Source of the DNA: Octopus vulgaris
Taxonomy: Eukaryota
Length of the DNA: 64,000 nt
Assembly (NCBI GenBank): GCA_951406725.2
Contig: OX597815.1
Span: 133,548,001-133,612,000 of the forward strand
Direction: 5' to 3'
Shown here: piece by piece, positions 24,003 through 37,386 of the stretch
Position numbering within the stretch: position 1 is the first letter of the stretch
Layout: each line of letters opens with the position of its first letter
Position numbers and translations under genes: made by a program
Notes under the pieces: model-generated
Databases searched by the model: none
Seen by the model: the letters and a program-made list of their open reading frames with translations, nothing else
What the model was told of the DNA's origin: nothing

Positions 24003-24617
24003 TTTTTTGTTGTGTCTTGGGAAGGTCATTATGCCATTAATAAATACACACACTGGTTCTATTTCACTTATTCATTTGTTAATAGGTTAACTATTTAACT
24101 AATCAGTTAGTTGATTATGATTGACTAAACATTTAATCAGACAATCAATTAGTTAATTGGTTAAATACTTGACAAACTGATAAATAAAAACAAAGAAGGC
24201 ACAGGCGTGGCTGTGTAGTAGAACCTTGGGCAAGTGTCTTCTACTATAGCCTCAGGCCAACTAAAGCCTTGTGAGTAGGTTTTGTAGATGGAAACTACTA
24301 TATATGTATGTGTATATGTGTGTGTGTATCTTTGTGTCTCTGTTTTTGTCCCCCACCGCCACTTGGCAACCAATGTTGGTGTGATTACATCCCTGTAACT
24401 TTGTGGTTCAGGAAAGAAACCAATAGAATAAGTTCTAGGCTTAAAACAATGTCTTGGAGTCAATTTATTTGACTAAAACTCTTCAAAGGCAGAGCCCCAG
24501 ACTGGCTGTAGTCAAATAACTGAAAAAAGTCAAAGATATAGGGTAAAAGGTAAGTGAAATAGAACCAGTGTTTGTGTTTATTAATGGCATAATGACCCTC
24601 CCAAGATACAATAAAAT
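24003..24617. mobile_element. Fold-back MITE (~67-bp arms) interrupted by a family A1 SINE (~24197-24537)
   Basis: 24003-24070 'tgtcttgggaaggtcattatgccattaataaa...ctatttcactta' is inverted at 24551-24617; degenerate palindrome at ~24092-24158. Confidence 0.75.
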
Positions 24618-25276
24618 ACATTTCAACACATGGGCTCACAGCAAGAATCTTGCAAATCAAATGCAAAAACGAAATATTTCTTCAATATTCTTTCATATTG
24701 TGATTGAGTACTCTCTCTACCTCACCGTAACTTCTTATATATTCATCTTCAGCTCTGTCCTTCCTATGGATTACAATTGTGTAATTTGCCCTATAAATTG
24801 GAAGGTTGCATTTAGTTGGACATGTTACACTGTATGTTTAGGGAAGACACTTCATTGTTTCTAGTAGCCTGATTAGTATTGTATCTTTCTCTCTTCTCAC
24901 TTTCCTTTTTCCCTTTCCCTCTTTCTCTTTCTCCTCTCCTCTCTGCCATCTCCATTTCTCTCTGCCATCTCCATTTCTCTCTGCCTGTCTGTCTTTGTTT
25001 TATTAGGTCAACGATGGCTGATTAGGATATTGTTTGTCATTTACACTGCTAATCCCTGCAGCAAGATTAACTAGGACCATATAACATTATCTTTTATACA
25101 TCCATCCTGTTTACAAAATAACAAAACACTAGCTTCGGATTTGAACTACTGACCTATAAATCATGTGTTTTGTATATTAAATAAATCACTGAGGTTACAT
25201 TACCTATTCAACCAACCATCTTCCTGCTATGTCATCTCATTAAGTTTACCATAAGCTTTAATGTTTGAATTATTTA

Positions 25277-25935
25277 AGGTGGCAAACTGACAGGTTCATA
25301 AGTAGGCTCAGCAATATGCTTAACAGTATTCCATCCTTCTTTACATTCTGAATTCAAATTCTGCTGAGGTTGACTTTGCCTTTTGGGGTCGATAAAATAA
25401 ATAACAGTTGAACACTGGAGTCGATGTAGTAAAAATTACTGGCCTTGTACCAAAATTTGCAACCAGTATTTCAATTATGTAAATGTAATTGTGCCATTGG
25501 CATGTAAAAGCACCCAGCACACTCTGTAAAGTGGTTGGCATTAGGAAAGGCATCCAGCTGTAGAAACCATGCCACAACTGACAATTGGTGTCTGGACAGC
25601 TCCCTGGCTGGCCAGCTCTATGTCAAATCGTCCAACCCATGGCAGCATAGAAAACAGATGTTAAATGACTATGATGTTATTCATTTATAAAAATTTGTAA
25701 TGTCTTAGTGTTTGTATGTACCTTTAAACAGTCATCTCTGTCATGCAAGCAATTTTGTTTGTTTCCAGTCTTCCATTGAAAACCTGTCTGACCATGGGGG
25801 AAATCTTACCCTGCTTGGAAACAGGTGAGGACTGTTGACAGGAAGAGTATCCAGCTGTAGAAACTCTGCCTCAACTAATTCCATCTGACGGCTGCAAGAA
25901 TGGAGAAGTAGATGTTACACTGATAACGATGACTA
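25277..25935 (+). mobile_element. Adjacent SINE B, family D and SINE A2 3' fragments
   Basis: Successive recognisable cores and (GAT)n-like tails. Confidence 0.7.
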
Positions 25936-26419
25936 TTTGTATGAAAACAACTAGAAGCAGTCTTGAGGCTTTGATATTAAAAGTATTGACTCAGTAGGTG
26001 AATATGGCTAGTGTATTATAGACTAAGTTAGTCTTCCTTAAGTTTCTGTCTTTACAGAATTATAAAGCCTGTTGAATTGATTGTCTTACATGAATTTGTT
26101 ATTTTTACTGTATTTAATTTTGAATGCCATTTTACTTATTTCAAATGAGACTACTTCTAATTGTTGTCTTATATTTTATCTAGCTACTTTGTAAGCTGAA
26201 AAATAAATACTACAGACTGTTGAAATCATTAGGTGGAGCAAAGTAACTGTAATCAGACTTCCTGGATTATATATGGAACTTGTATCTGGAGTAATAAAGG
26301 TTTCCATATATATAGTAAGGGTTTCCTATATACTCCAAACATACATGACCAGCCCCATCCTCCTACATAGAAACATAGATACAGGATGATGATGATTATG
26401 GCACCTGCTAGATATAGGT

Positions 26420-26642
26420 CCTTAGCATTCACAATATTTTGTCAAATGTATTACTTATATATTCATTTTGTTTTAAATTAATCATGCATTACCTTCTTGC
26501 TCTGAGATTTTGGTGATGTGATTGCTTATTTTTGGAATAACATTAAAGTGTAAGTATGAGAGGCTAGAATCTAACTAATTTGAACATAAAACAGGTAGAA
26601 TATTTTGGCTGGATATGGCCAGTTTAAATGCTAAAGGGTTAA
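26420..26642. mobile_element. piggyBac-type MITE (~225 bp)
   Basis: Ends 'ccttagcatt' and 'aatgctaaagggttaa' (GGG-TTAA). Confidence 0.75.
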
Positions 26643-27121
26643 GCAAACCTTTATGTGGCCATTCAACCTGCCAAAAATAGCAGCTAAATCTCTTTCAAAT
26701 TACACCCACCATGTTAGATAATGTTATCCAAAGTATACTAAATGTTAAAAATGTTAGGATGACTTAAACATGAATGCATTTGATCATAGGTCTCCTCTAT
26801 CAGAACTGATTTGGAATACATCATTATCATTCCCATGAAACATTTTTGATCAGGGATCTGCTGTCAAGGCTCAATGGGGCTAAACAACTTCATTATCACT
26901 GTCATCATTATCAGCAGCAGCAGTAGTATTCACATTTTAAAGCTAGTAGAACTCGGTGTCTTTTTCAATTTCCATCTCATCCTACCCTGAGTCCCAAATA
27001 ATCTGCTACATGATTCCCAACCACTTCCCTGCTACTCCCTCATTACCTTTTAACAGCCGTTCCTTTCTTTACTGTTGTCTACTTCATCTTTCAAAATATC
27101 TAAAAATGTTCAATAGAAAAG

Positions 27122-27448
27122 ATCTTCCTGAATCTTTTGTCTTCAGAGGTAACCCTACCTGCATTCTCGAAGGAAACAGATGGGTGGATGGTGTGTTGCC
27201 AAGCCTCAGAATTGGAGGCTATCAAGGATCAATGTGACAAACGCTAAGAGATTTCTTTAGAATATCCATATACTATTTCTTTGGTACACCTCTGTCATAG
27301 TGGCCAGTAGAGAGTTTGCCATTCAGCACAGTCTCAGGCAGGCAATGATCCTCTATCCTGAAAATGTGTCCTACCTTGTGCACTTGTAACTTTATCTTCA
27401 TGCTAGCAGCTTCTGCCTGTTCAAGGATGTCACTGTTGGTAACATATT
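27122..27448 (-). mobile_element. RTE LINE ORF C-terminal fragment (BovB/AviRTE-like)
   Basis: Minus-strand translation YVTNSDILEQAEA...VGHIFRIEDHCLPETVLNGKLSTGHYDRGVPKK*YMDILKKSLSVCHID...AWQHTIH...SFENAGR...EDKR. Confidence 0.8.
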
Positions 27449-27532
27449 TGTTGAGGCAAATTTTCTACAGCTTGATGCCCTTCTTGTTTGAACTGTCTCC
27501 TGTTTCCAAGTAAAGTAAATATTTTCCCATAG

Positions 27533-27966
27533 TCTCTTTTACTTGTTTCAGTCATTTGATTGTGGCCATGCTGGAGCACCGCCTTTTAGTTGAGCAAATC
27601 GCCCCCAGGACTTATTCTTTGTAAGCCTAGTACTTATTTTATCAGTCTCTTCCACTGAACCGCTAAATTACAGGGATGTAAACACATCAGTATCGGTTGT
27701 CAAGCGATGTTGGGGGAACAAACACAGACACAGAAACATATACACACACATACACATATATATATATGTATATATATACACACACACACACACATATATA
27801 TGACGGGCTTCTTTCAGTTTCCATCTACCAAATCCACTCACAAGGCTTTGGTCAGCCCGAGGCTATAGTAGAAGACACTTGCCCAAGGTGCCATGCAGTG
27901 GGACTAAACCCAGAACCATGTGGTTGGTAAACAAGATACTTACCACAAAGCCACTGCTACGCCTGT
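27533..27966 (-). mobile_element. Young full-length SINE family A1 nested in an older A2 copy (~27449-28180)
   Basis: Complete tail 'ctctttacttgtttcagtcatttg' through head 'ttaccacaaagccactgctacgcc'; the host A2 sequence continues on both sides. Confidence 0.9.
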
Positions 27967-29150
27967 ATGCTTTCCTGAGAGATTAGAAATGGACACCACT
28001 TGTATGACAGTAACAGTTACAACTATCATATGATATCAAGACAAACAGACAGACGCATTCACATCCATGCTCATACACAGTCACATACATATGCACACAC
28101 ACACACACAATTAGCTTCTTTCAGTTTTCATCAACTGAATCCACTTACAAGGGTTTGGTTGGCCTGGGTTAAGTAGAAGTCTGTTTTGTCTGGTTTCATG
28201 TAAGTCTAACAACTGAAAGATTATGGTTTCAATGTAGCTGAATCTTGTTTGCTTCTAGACTTTATATGTCAGTGAATGTCTAGGATAAATCATCTGGTTG
28301 TGCAGAGTTTCAAAGAAAATTATGTAACACATTATAAAGATAAATTATATATAAGAATATATTTTAAAACAACCATTGTATTTGCACAGTTGGCTTTTGA
28401 AAGTTTGTAATACCATCCATAGAGATTATTCTAATTGCAGCTTCCAGATTGTTCTAATTGTAGCATATTATTAATAGTCTGCTGTATAAAGCTTCTTTTC
28501 ATAGTATGGGTTTTAGTATCAGACATCAAGAGGGCTTAAAAAATGTGAACATGCATTTGCTCCAATAAAAATATGCTCTAGCCATATAAACATTAAAAAA
28601 AATGGATGTGAGGCAATTTTTGAAAAAAAAAAATCAATTCAGAGAATATGAGCTGGCAGAAATTGATTAAACAGTTTGTAATACTAAAAGTTAATCCTTT
28701 ATGATATCTTTATTGCTCTATGTTCTAAGTTCAAATCCAGCTTTGGTGGGGGTTATCAGTAAAATAAGGATCAGTAATATACAAGATGAGTCAATCAGCT
28801 ATAGCTTCCCCTTTCTAGAACTAACCTTGCACTTGGTAAAAAGAAAATCAATATTGGTTTAAATGTTAGTATCTTTATCCATCCAAGTATGAGTGGTAGT
28901 GATAGTCAGCAACAACTGCTGCTTATATCTGTGTTATAAACACTACCTAGAGAGTGGTAGGTGGATAGAAGCAGTTAAAGTATTAGACAAAATGCTATGG
29001 AAACTGATAAATGATAGCATGTTTATATGGCATGTCTCTCCTCAGTGGCTTCATTGGTGCTTTTAGGCAGCAATGTATGGTAGAAATGGTAGAGAGTCAA
29101 ACAAAATAAATGTCTTATTATAGTATTTAGTTTAATGTTTTAAAATTCTA

Positions 29151-29605
29151 CAGGCATAGGCATGGCTGTGTAATTAAGAAGTTTACTTCCCAACCATGTG
29201 GTCTTGAGTTCAGTCCCACAGCACATCAACTTCGGCAAGTGTCTTCCATTATAGCATTGAATCGTTCAAAGCCTTGTGAAAGGACTTGATTGACAGAAAC
29301 TGAAAGAAGCCTGTTGTGTGTGTGTGTGATATTGGCATCATCATAATTGTGTACCCTTGTCTCAACATCACATGGTAATTGTAAATGAGCATCATCATCA
29401 TCATACAAGCAAGGTTAATTTCTGGTCTTCTGTGAAAAATATATTGTTTGACCATGGGGAAAATGTTACTTTACTTGGAAACAAGTGAGGGTTAGCAACA
29501 GGAAGAGCATCTGACCATAGAAAATCTACCTCAACAAATTCCATCTGACCCATCCTTGTGAGCATGGAAAAGTTGACATTAAATGATGATGATGATGATG
29601 ATGAT
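29151..29605 (+). mobile_element. SINE family A2
   Basis: Head, (TG)n, RTE-type tail and (GAT)n. Confidence 0.85.
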
Positions 29606-30566
29606 TCAGATCTGGTTATAGATGACAATCCTGAGTTCAATCAATGAACTGGAATTGATTCAATTTGTTACGCTATTCCTCACAAATTTGTGGCTACATG
29701 CCAATGCAAAGAATCAATATTATAATCACTGGGTTCTCAAGGATTGAGGTTTTATGTTTTAAGACACAATCCCATATTGTAGCTGATCCAATTCTTTGGT
29801 GGGGGTTATTGGTCCTGCAGGCTCTTTCAGTTTCTGTCCATCTCTTGTTCTTATTGTTGTTTTTAACGTCATGCCAAACCTTCATTGAGTAGACCACCCA
29901 GTCATTTTATGATTATCTGTGAGTATATTATCTAATGTGTCCTTCCCTTTTATTAAGACAGTGTGAGTCAGAGATTTGGCAGGTATTTCTAGCTGGTTGA
30001 GTGGCTTTGCAGAGGCTCTGTTTTTGGTTTGTTTGATCAAACAAACCTCTTTTCTAAGGGTACCACCTATGACAATCTCATCTCAAGTTTAGACAATATA
30101 TCCAAGATTGTTCAAAGTTCTATTTTTTTTAAAGCAATGGAATGTGATTTGAGGGAGATTTGGCTGCTAATTCTAACAGTTTGAGTGTCCATACAGACTT
30201 GTTTGTGAGTTTATATATCAGTTATAAGCTGCATGTTATAACAGCTTCAGTGAAATATAGACTGGTGTTAATTAATTATTAATGAGTGCTATTATATTAA
30301 TTTCTGTCGAGAGTCAATGATGTTGACACAGTCAATAAAATATAAATGAAATACAGAGATTGTAGTAGCAGCAGTAATGATAGTTATATGGTGGTTGTAA
30401 TAGTTGTAGCACTTTCTACTTTGACTGTCTTCATTTGGGAAGGAACTCTACAACCTGTTATATATTACATATAGTCATAATAGCACGTGTGTGAATGTGT
30501 GCTTCTATTTACATATATGTTTGTCTCCCTCTCCTTCATATATTATACATGTGTATAAATGTGTGT

Positions 30567-30631
<65 letters not shown>

Positions 30632-31593
30632 GCATCCAATCTGTTGAGCAAATTTCCTAGTGGAATAGCACAGATGCTCTTAGAAGATGGTTCAATTGAT
30701 CAGTATTGAACTGAGCAGGTTGGCATGAGTGTAGAGAGTTTGTGAAGTTGATTTCCTCTTCCTTGGAGCATGTAAACCATTTGTGTACATGTCTGAAATG
30801 ACTTTGCAGTTTTGAAACCTTCAGTGAAAACTAAGAGTAGCAAATATGGAAAATACTATATTCTGCTTATTTTTTTACTTGGTATTTGCTCCATCATCAA
30901 ATGTCCGAAAAGAGTTGAAATTTATTCAAACTTCAAAAACAATAGACAAAAGTTGTATTGGAAGAACAGAGCTACAAAAAAAAATTAAACAGTGACTGTG
31001 AGGTTAAGCTGTCATGCTGCTTTCCTTTATCATATGACATGGTTATAAGCTGCCTGACTGAACAAAAATACAGATTCCACTCCTACTCTATAGTTGAGTG
31101 GTTTGTGACAGAAAGGGCTCTCAGCCTTAAATGCAGTTAGTCTAACAAATGAATTAAGCCATCCATACAAGCATGAAATGTGGATACAAATTTCTCTCTC
31201 TTTCTCTCTCACTCTCTCATATATCACACACCCTACAACAACTGGAGGCTAGCTTTGTAGCACGAAACCATACTTTTGTTAATTGTTTTAGGTGCTTAGT
31301 TGGGTAGATGTTTGCAATACCAGTGGATGAATTATTCACCGTTTGCTATATTAGAGGCAACAGATCTCCTCTGTGCATGTGGCTGGCTACAAATAGACAT
31401 CATTGACAAGGTCCAAAAACGCTGAGATGCACCTGATGTCCTCACTAGTTACTGCCAGGATGAGTTTTGTCTGCCTCTGATATACATTCTGTTTTGAAAT
31501 ACAGCATGTGTGTGTGTGTGTGTACATACACACACATAAGAGATGTTATCTCAAGGTGAATACCATAGTAACTTGCCTGTGGATGGCATACAT

Positions 31594-31785
31594 TCCATTA
31601 GCATTTAAACCAGCCATATCCAAAATATTCCACCTGTTTTCTGTTCAAATATGATCAGATCTGGCCTCTCACATTTACCCTACAATATTGTTCTAAAAAT
31701 AAACACTCATGCCATTGAAATTTCAAAGCGACATGAATAAATAAGCATTACACTTGACAAAGTAATCTGAATGCTAAAGGTTTAA
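31594..31785. mobile_element. piggyBac-type MITE
   Basis: Same body as 26420-26642 in the opposite orientation; end 'aatgctaaaggtttaa'. Confidence 0.7.
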
Positions 31786-33567
31786 ATATTATGATAAATA
31801 GATGGTTATATTATTTGATACTGTTTCTGTTGTGTACACCATATTAGATAACGATACTAACACTCTTGGGTCTCCCACCTTTGATCTAGCTTAGTGGTTC
31901 TCAACTGGGGTCCATATGACCCTTGTGGGGATTTCAGATATGATTTTTGTTGTTAAAATTTATGGTCAGTATATTGGTAATACTTCTATAATACACAAAA
32001 TATTTTATCAATTTTTTTATACTCCTCCAAATAATACTGGAAAAGATGAAAGGCAAAGGTAACCTCAGTGAATTTTTAATGTAGAGTACAGAGATCTGGC
32101 ATAAATATTGCAATGCATTCTATCCAACCTTCTAATGGCTTTGATTTCATTTGTCACATATAAAGATACATGTGTGTGCATATGTGTGTGTGTGTGTGTG
32201 TGGTAGGTCTGTTTTGGATTTACATTTGTAAAGAAATGTCAATATGTAAATTAGTTTAATAAGTGGTTTGGAATGAGGCGTGACTCGGGAGCTGTAGGCT
32301 ATTGAGTCATTCCTGTAATAATTTCAGCTGACAAAAGAACTGTGTGTGTGTGTAGCATCATCATTGTTTTATATTTGTCTTTCTAGGCTAGTGTGTGTTG
32401 AATAAGTCTGTCGACTCTTCATCATCTGATACACCCATACATAGAGTAAACTTACCTTCTATTTATTTCTATTGTTTTTACAGGTGGATCTTTTCCTATT
32501 ACCAATCAAAATCTATTTTCTTTATGAGCTTAGTTCATTTTATTATGCCACTGACATAAGAGGTGCTATTGGTTGAAACTAAAGTGTATCTGCTATCAGC
32601 TTTTATTCAAAGTCATGACTTTCCTAGCATGCAGGGTCGACATCTGTTTCTTCTTTTTCTCCCATGGTTTTTATATACCAAATCTTAGCTTCAATTGGCA
32701 ATAAAATTAATGATGAATATTGTATTCACTTTTACCTCCTATGTCGAGTAAAGACTGGATAACTGACAAGTTTATTAACACACATATCTAATCCACCCCT
32801 ACACACACACACACACACACACACACCCACAAATTCTTTAGATGCCTTAAAAGCACACACATGACCTTGGCACAACTTCATGGGTCATTGGTTTTAATAT
32901 CATTTCTAGAGATGTAAGCCTTTCCCTATGAAGGCCAATGAAGTACTTGTAGTCTCTATACATAACAGTTGATCTTAGTAATTTCCTTACCCCAGGCAGG
33001 TAGGAAGTTGTAAGGAAATTTAGTGAAGGTAAAATTACGGAAACAAAAATTCAAAAGCATAACTATTTTGTGAAGTTTCAGTAAAGAATTTAGTGTGAGA
33101 ACTAAGAAGTTAGGCACAATAGAGTGATGTAGGGAGTAAAAGAAACAAGTGCACCGGATACACTGTTAGCTAATCAAGAGGAGCAGAAGCTGTAGTAGTA
33201 GTAGTAGCAGTAGCAGCAGCAGCAGAAGAGATGGGTTGGGGAACAATAGGTCTGTGAATAAGTGGTCGAAGCATGTTGGTGATAGAATCTTTGCCAATCA
33301 GTTGAATGGCTTTATTTGGAATGTCATCTTGAATACTTATGAAACAGCAAATATGTTAACAGAACTTTAATGTGGATTCTCTTTGAGCTTTGTAGAGACT
33401 TACTAAATAATGGAAACTGAAATATTGGTGGGGAGAGAGGCATCTAAAGAGGAAACTTAATCTTAGGTAAACTGTTTAAAATTGTTATATATCAGGTCAT
33501 TAAGAATGAAATGTCCGAATTTGAACTGAAAGTTTCTTTAACTTTATCTCAACAAAATGCAATGCAG

Positions 33568-34326
33568 TTAATCAAAGTATGCACCTAAATTATCAACACA
33601 ATTTTGCCATTTTATCAATAGCTTATTTATGTTGGCAGCTAAGAATTCTGGAGAGCAAGAGGTGATGGAATCATGAAAGGCTGTTTTTGCATCTTCAGAT
33701 TTGAAGTCTTTTCTTTGCAAAAAGTTGTCTAATGCCTGGAAATTGTGATAATCAGTTGGTGCAAGGTCTGGTGTTTATGGTGGATGACAAAGTACTTCTG
33801 TTTCTGTCACTTGAGCTCAGTTTCTGTCACTTGAGCTCAGCTTCTGTCACTTGAGTAGCGTTCTTTGTGCAACATGTGGTCAAGCATTGTCTTGCAAGAG
33901 AATTGACCTGTCTCTATTGACCAATCTTGGTTGTTTAATTGCAATTTCACTCATCATTTCATCCAATTGGTTGATGTATACATCCACTGTAATTGACTTA
34001 CCAGGTCCCATGAAGCTGTAGTGGACGACACCAGTATTGGACCACCAAACAGACACCATTAGCTTCTGCTAACTCACGTGTAGTTTGAGATGTATCTGCT
34101 TTTACCGTTTACAGCTCATCATTATCCACCTTGTTCTCAGGTCTACTTTGGGGCTGATTTTCAAGAGTAAAGTCACCAGACAGGAACTTCTCAAACCATC
34201 GATGTACAGTGCGTTATTTGTCATATCTTCACCAAACAGTTCATTGATGTTTCAAGCTGTTTAGGATGCATTGGTTCCACAATGGAACTCATATTCATAA
34301 ACAACATGAATTTTTGATCTATCCAT
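33568..34326 (-). pseudogene. Mariner transposase pseudogene
   Basis: MDRSKIHVVYEYEF...NINELFGE...RWFEKF...VDNDEL; then SVWWSNTGVVHY, LLQDNA*PH and HPP*TPDLAPTDYH, with stops, frameshifts and an internal deletion. Confidence 0.9.
33801..33855. repeat. 20-bp unit repeated ~2.75 times inside the transposase relic
   Basis: 'tttctgtcacttgagctcag' repeated. Confidence 0.9.
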
Positions 34327-34517
34327 AGGTTCACAAAAATTAATTTACAAGAGAAAACTCACAATATAACCAGACACCGTGAATTGCATTTTGAAAAGTG
34401 ATGATGTAACTCTTCAATGTTGTAAAACAAAGAATTGTCAGGATAAAACATAGTTAACAACTGTCAAACTTGGTGCATAAAAAAATCAGACCATTTTATT
34501 CTTAATGACCTGATACA

Positions 34518-34682
34518 TGCAGTTGTGGTTGTGTGGTTAAGAAGTTTACTTCCTAACTACATGGTTTCAGGTTCAGTCCCAGTATGTGGAAACTTGAGTG
34601 TTTTCTACTGTAGCCCCAGGCTGACCAAAGCTTTGTGAATGGAATTAGTTGACAGGACCTGAAAGAAGCCCTCATGAATGTA

Positions 34683-34718
<36 letters not shown>

Positions 34719-34944
34719 TGTCTCCTTGTCTTGAGATTGTGTGATTGTCATTAATGAATGTCATTTGTTTCCAATATTCAGAAAAAACCTGTATGGCTAT
34801 GAGGAAATATTACCTTTCTTGGAAACAAATAATAGTTGCCAACAGGAAGGGCATCCAACCATAGAAAATCTGCCTCAATAATCTCAGTCCAACCCTTGCA
34901 AGCATGGAAAAGTGGACATTAAAATGATGATGATGATGATGATG
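34518..34944 (+). mobile_element. SINE family A2
   Basis: Head, (TG)n, RTE-type tail and (GAT)n. Confidence 0.85.
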
Positions 34945-35570
34945 TGGGATTACCATGAGAGATATCAGAGATTATGTGACATAGCATTTGTAGTATATAA
35001 GAAGGTTTTAGTTGTGTGTTAGCTATGTGTAGAAAGCTATAATACTCTCTAAGATTTACTTAGGGACCCAGCTGAAACTTCATGTATTGTGGCATGGGCA
35101 AACTACTAGTCTTCCATACAACTTTATTTAAGGTGTTTCTTAAGAGATGACACTGCCGTGCACTGCAAGTTGATGCGATAAGAGTTGATGTGTTTATCAG
35201 ACTTTATGGTAGCCTGTTTATTTAGTAATGTGACATGATGTAACTTAACAATGCAATGCACAAATAAAATATGCAAGTTTACAAATATATATATATAGTA
35301 AATAAAAAGACAAAAACAAACACAAGATGAAATCAACAACATGAAGGTGTGATACATGCAAAGTATTAGCAGGTGCTCAACATCAAATATGCATATATGG
35401 GTGAAATGAAGTCTACAAAATCACACAGTTTTACTTTTTTTTTTATGCATAACTTTATTTAAGATTGTACTTTCCGATAGTGGTTATCAAGGTAATAATG
35501 TCATATAACTGCTGAAACAATTTACTGAATAATTTAATGTATTTATAGTTTCCGTTTTTACTATCATTCT

Positions 35571-35965
35571 TGCGTGGTTAAGAAGCTTGCTTCCCAATCA
35601 CATGGTTTCAGGTTTAGTCCCACTGTATGGCACCTTGTGCAAGTTCTACTCTAGCCCTAGGCTGACCAAATCCTTGTGAGTGGATTTGGTAGACAGAAAC
35701 TGAAAGAAGCCAGTTGTGTATCTATCTATTTTATCTGTGTGTGTGTGTGTGTGCGCGCGCATGTGTGAATTGGTGTCTCCTTGTCTTCACATCATGTTAT
35801 ATAGGAGTTGTAAAAGTGTGTCATTGCCTTCATTTCCAATTTTCCATGAAAACATGTCTGGTCATTGGCAGACATTACCTTACTTGAAAACAGATGAGGT
35901 TTGGCTTATCAAATTCTGTCCAACCCATGCAAGTATGGAAAAGTGGGTGTTAAAATAGTGATGAT
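35571..35965 (+). mobile_element. SINE family A2
   Basis: Same family features. Confidence 0.8.
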
Positions 35966-36669
35966 ATATATTAAATACAGTAATAACATGGCATATTTAA
36001 GATAAAATCTGAAGTGTGCTGTTACAGTGTCCCATTTAATTATTGCACATGGCCAACTTTACTCTGATATGTAAATATGATGAAATCTGCCCTGAGCTTG
36101 TTTATATTTTCTGTATGGAGTATCAAATTTCCTCATTGACTATGAGAAAATAAGTGTATACCAATGAGGCTTAGATGAAAGCAGAACAAATTTATCTGAT
36201 CTTTCAGCCTGGCTACTGAGGGACTCTCTGGTTTAATAAGGTGTCATTTTCCACAGTGGGGTTAAAAATATGTTTATTAAACATATGGTTGTAACATTGT
36301 TTATATATTTACCCTCAAGAAACATACTGTAATAAGTAGATGCATCTCCCTTTAGTTTCATGAATCACTATTCCAGTTGTTTGATCAACTGAACAACCTA
36401 TTTGTTGTATTAGCACTTTAAGCAGTTGAGTATCCCACAAATACATGTGCTTTTAAAATTATCCTCAAGTAGGCATTTAAATTACAAGTATAGTTCATAT
36501 GACAGTCTTCTGCATAGTTTCCATTTACTGTTTTTCTCACAAAGCTTAGATCAACTGGAAACTCTGTTAGAAGACATTTTTTTAAGATGTCGCACAGTGG
36601 GATTAAACTTGCAAAGGGAATATTTTAATTATGCGCATGCACACACACTTTTATGCTTATATATAGTGT

Positions 36670-36736
36670 GTTTTGCCCAAGCCCAGGCCCATCAAGGCTT
36701 TGATATTAGATTTAGTTGGCAGACACTGAAAGAAGC

Positions 36737-36781
<45 letters not shown>

Positions 36782-37386
36782 TGGGTGGGTTTGTGGTTCC
36801 TTTGTTTTCATGTTGCACAGTAGTTACTGGAATGATTCCAATCTTCTCTGAAAATATAACTGGCCATGGGGAAATAATACCTTGTTTGGAAAGGGGTGAG
36901 GGTTGGTGACAAGAAGGGCATCAGTCTGCAGAAAATCTGCCTCATTAAATCCCATATCTGTGAAAGCATGGGAAAGTGGATGTTAAATTCCTTTATTCTC
37001 TTACTTGTTTCAGTCATTTGATTGTGGCCATGCTGGAGCACCACCTTGAAAGGTTTTAGTTGAGCAAATTGACTCTCAGTACTTATTTTAAAGCCTACTA
37101 ATTCTATTGGTCTCTTTTGCTGAAGCACTAAGTTATGGGGACGTAAACACACGAACACTGGGTGCCAAGCAGTGATGGGGGACAAACAGACACAAAGACA
37201 CGCACACACACATACACACACACACATATATATGACAAGCTTCTTTCAGTTTTCATCAACCAAGTCCACTTACAGAGCTTTGAGCTACCTGAGGCTGTAG
37301 TAGAAGACACTTGCCCAAGGTATTGTACAGTGGGACTGAGCCTGGAACCATGCGGTTGGGAAGCAAGTTCCTTGCCACACCTGCAC
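36670..37386. mobile_element. Tail-to-tail SINE A2 (+, to ~36988) and SINE A1 (-, ~36990-37386)
   Basis: 'gggaaagtggatgttaaatt' is followed directly by 'ctttattctcttacttgtttcagtcatttg'. Confidence 0.8.

Larger units (their letters stand above)
33492..34513 (-). mobile_element. Mariner DNA transposon (cecropia/Hsmar1-like), internally deleted
   Basis: TIRs 'tcaggtcattaagaatgaaatgtccga' and 'tcagaccattttattcttaatgacctga'; TA on both flanks. Confidence 0.92.
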
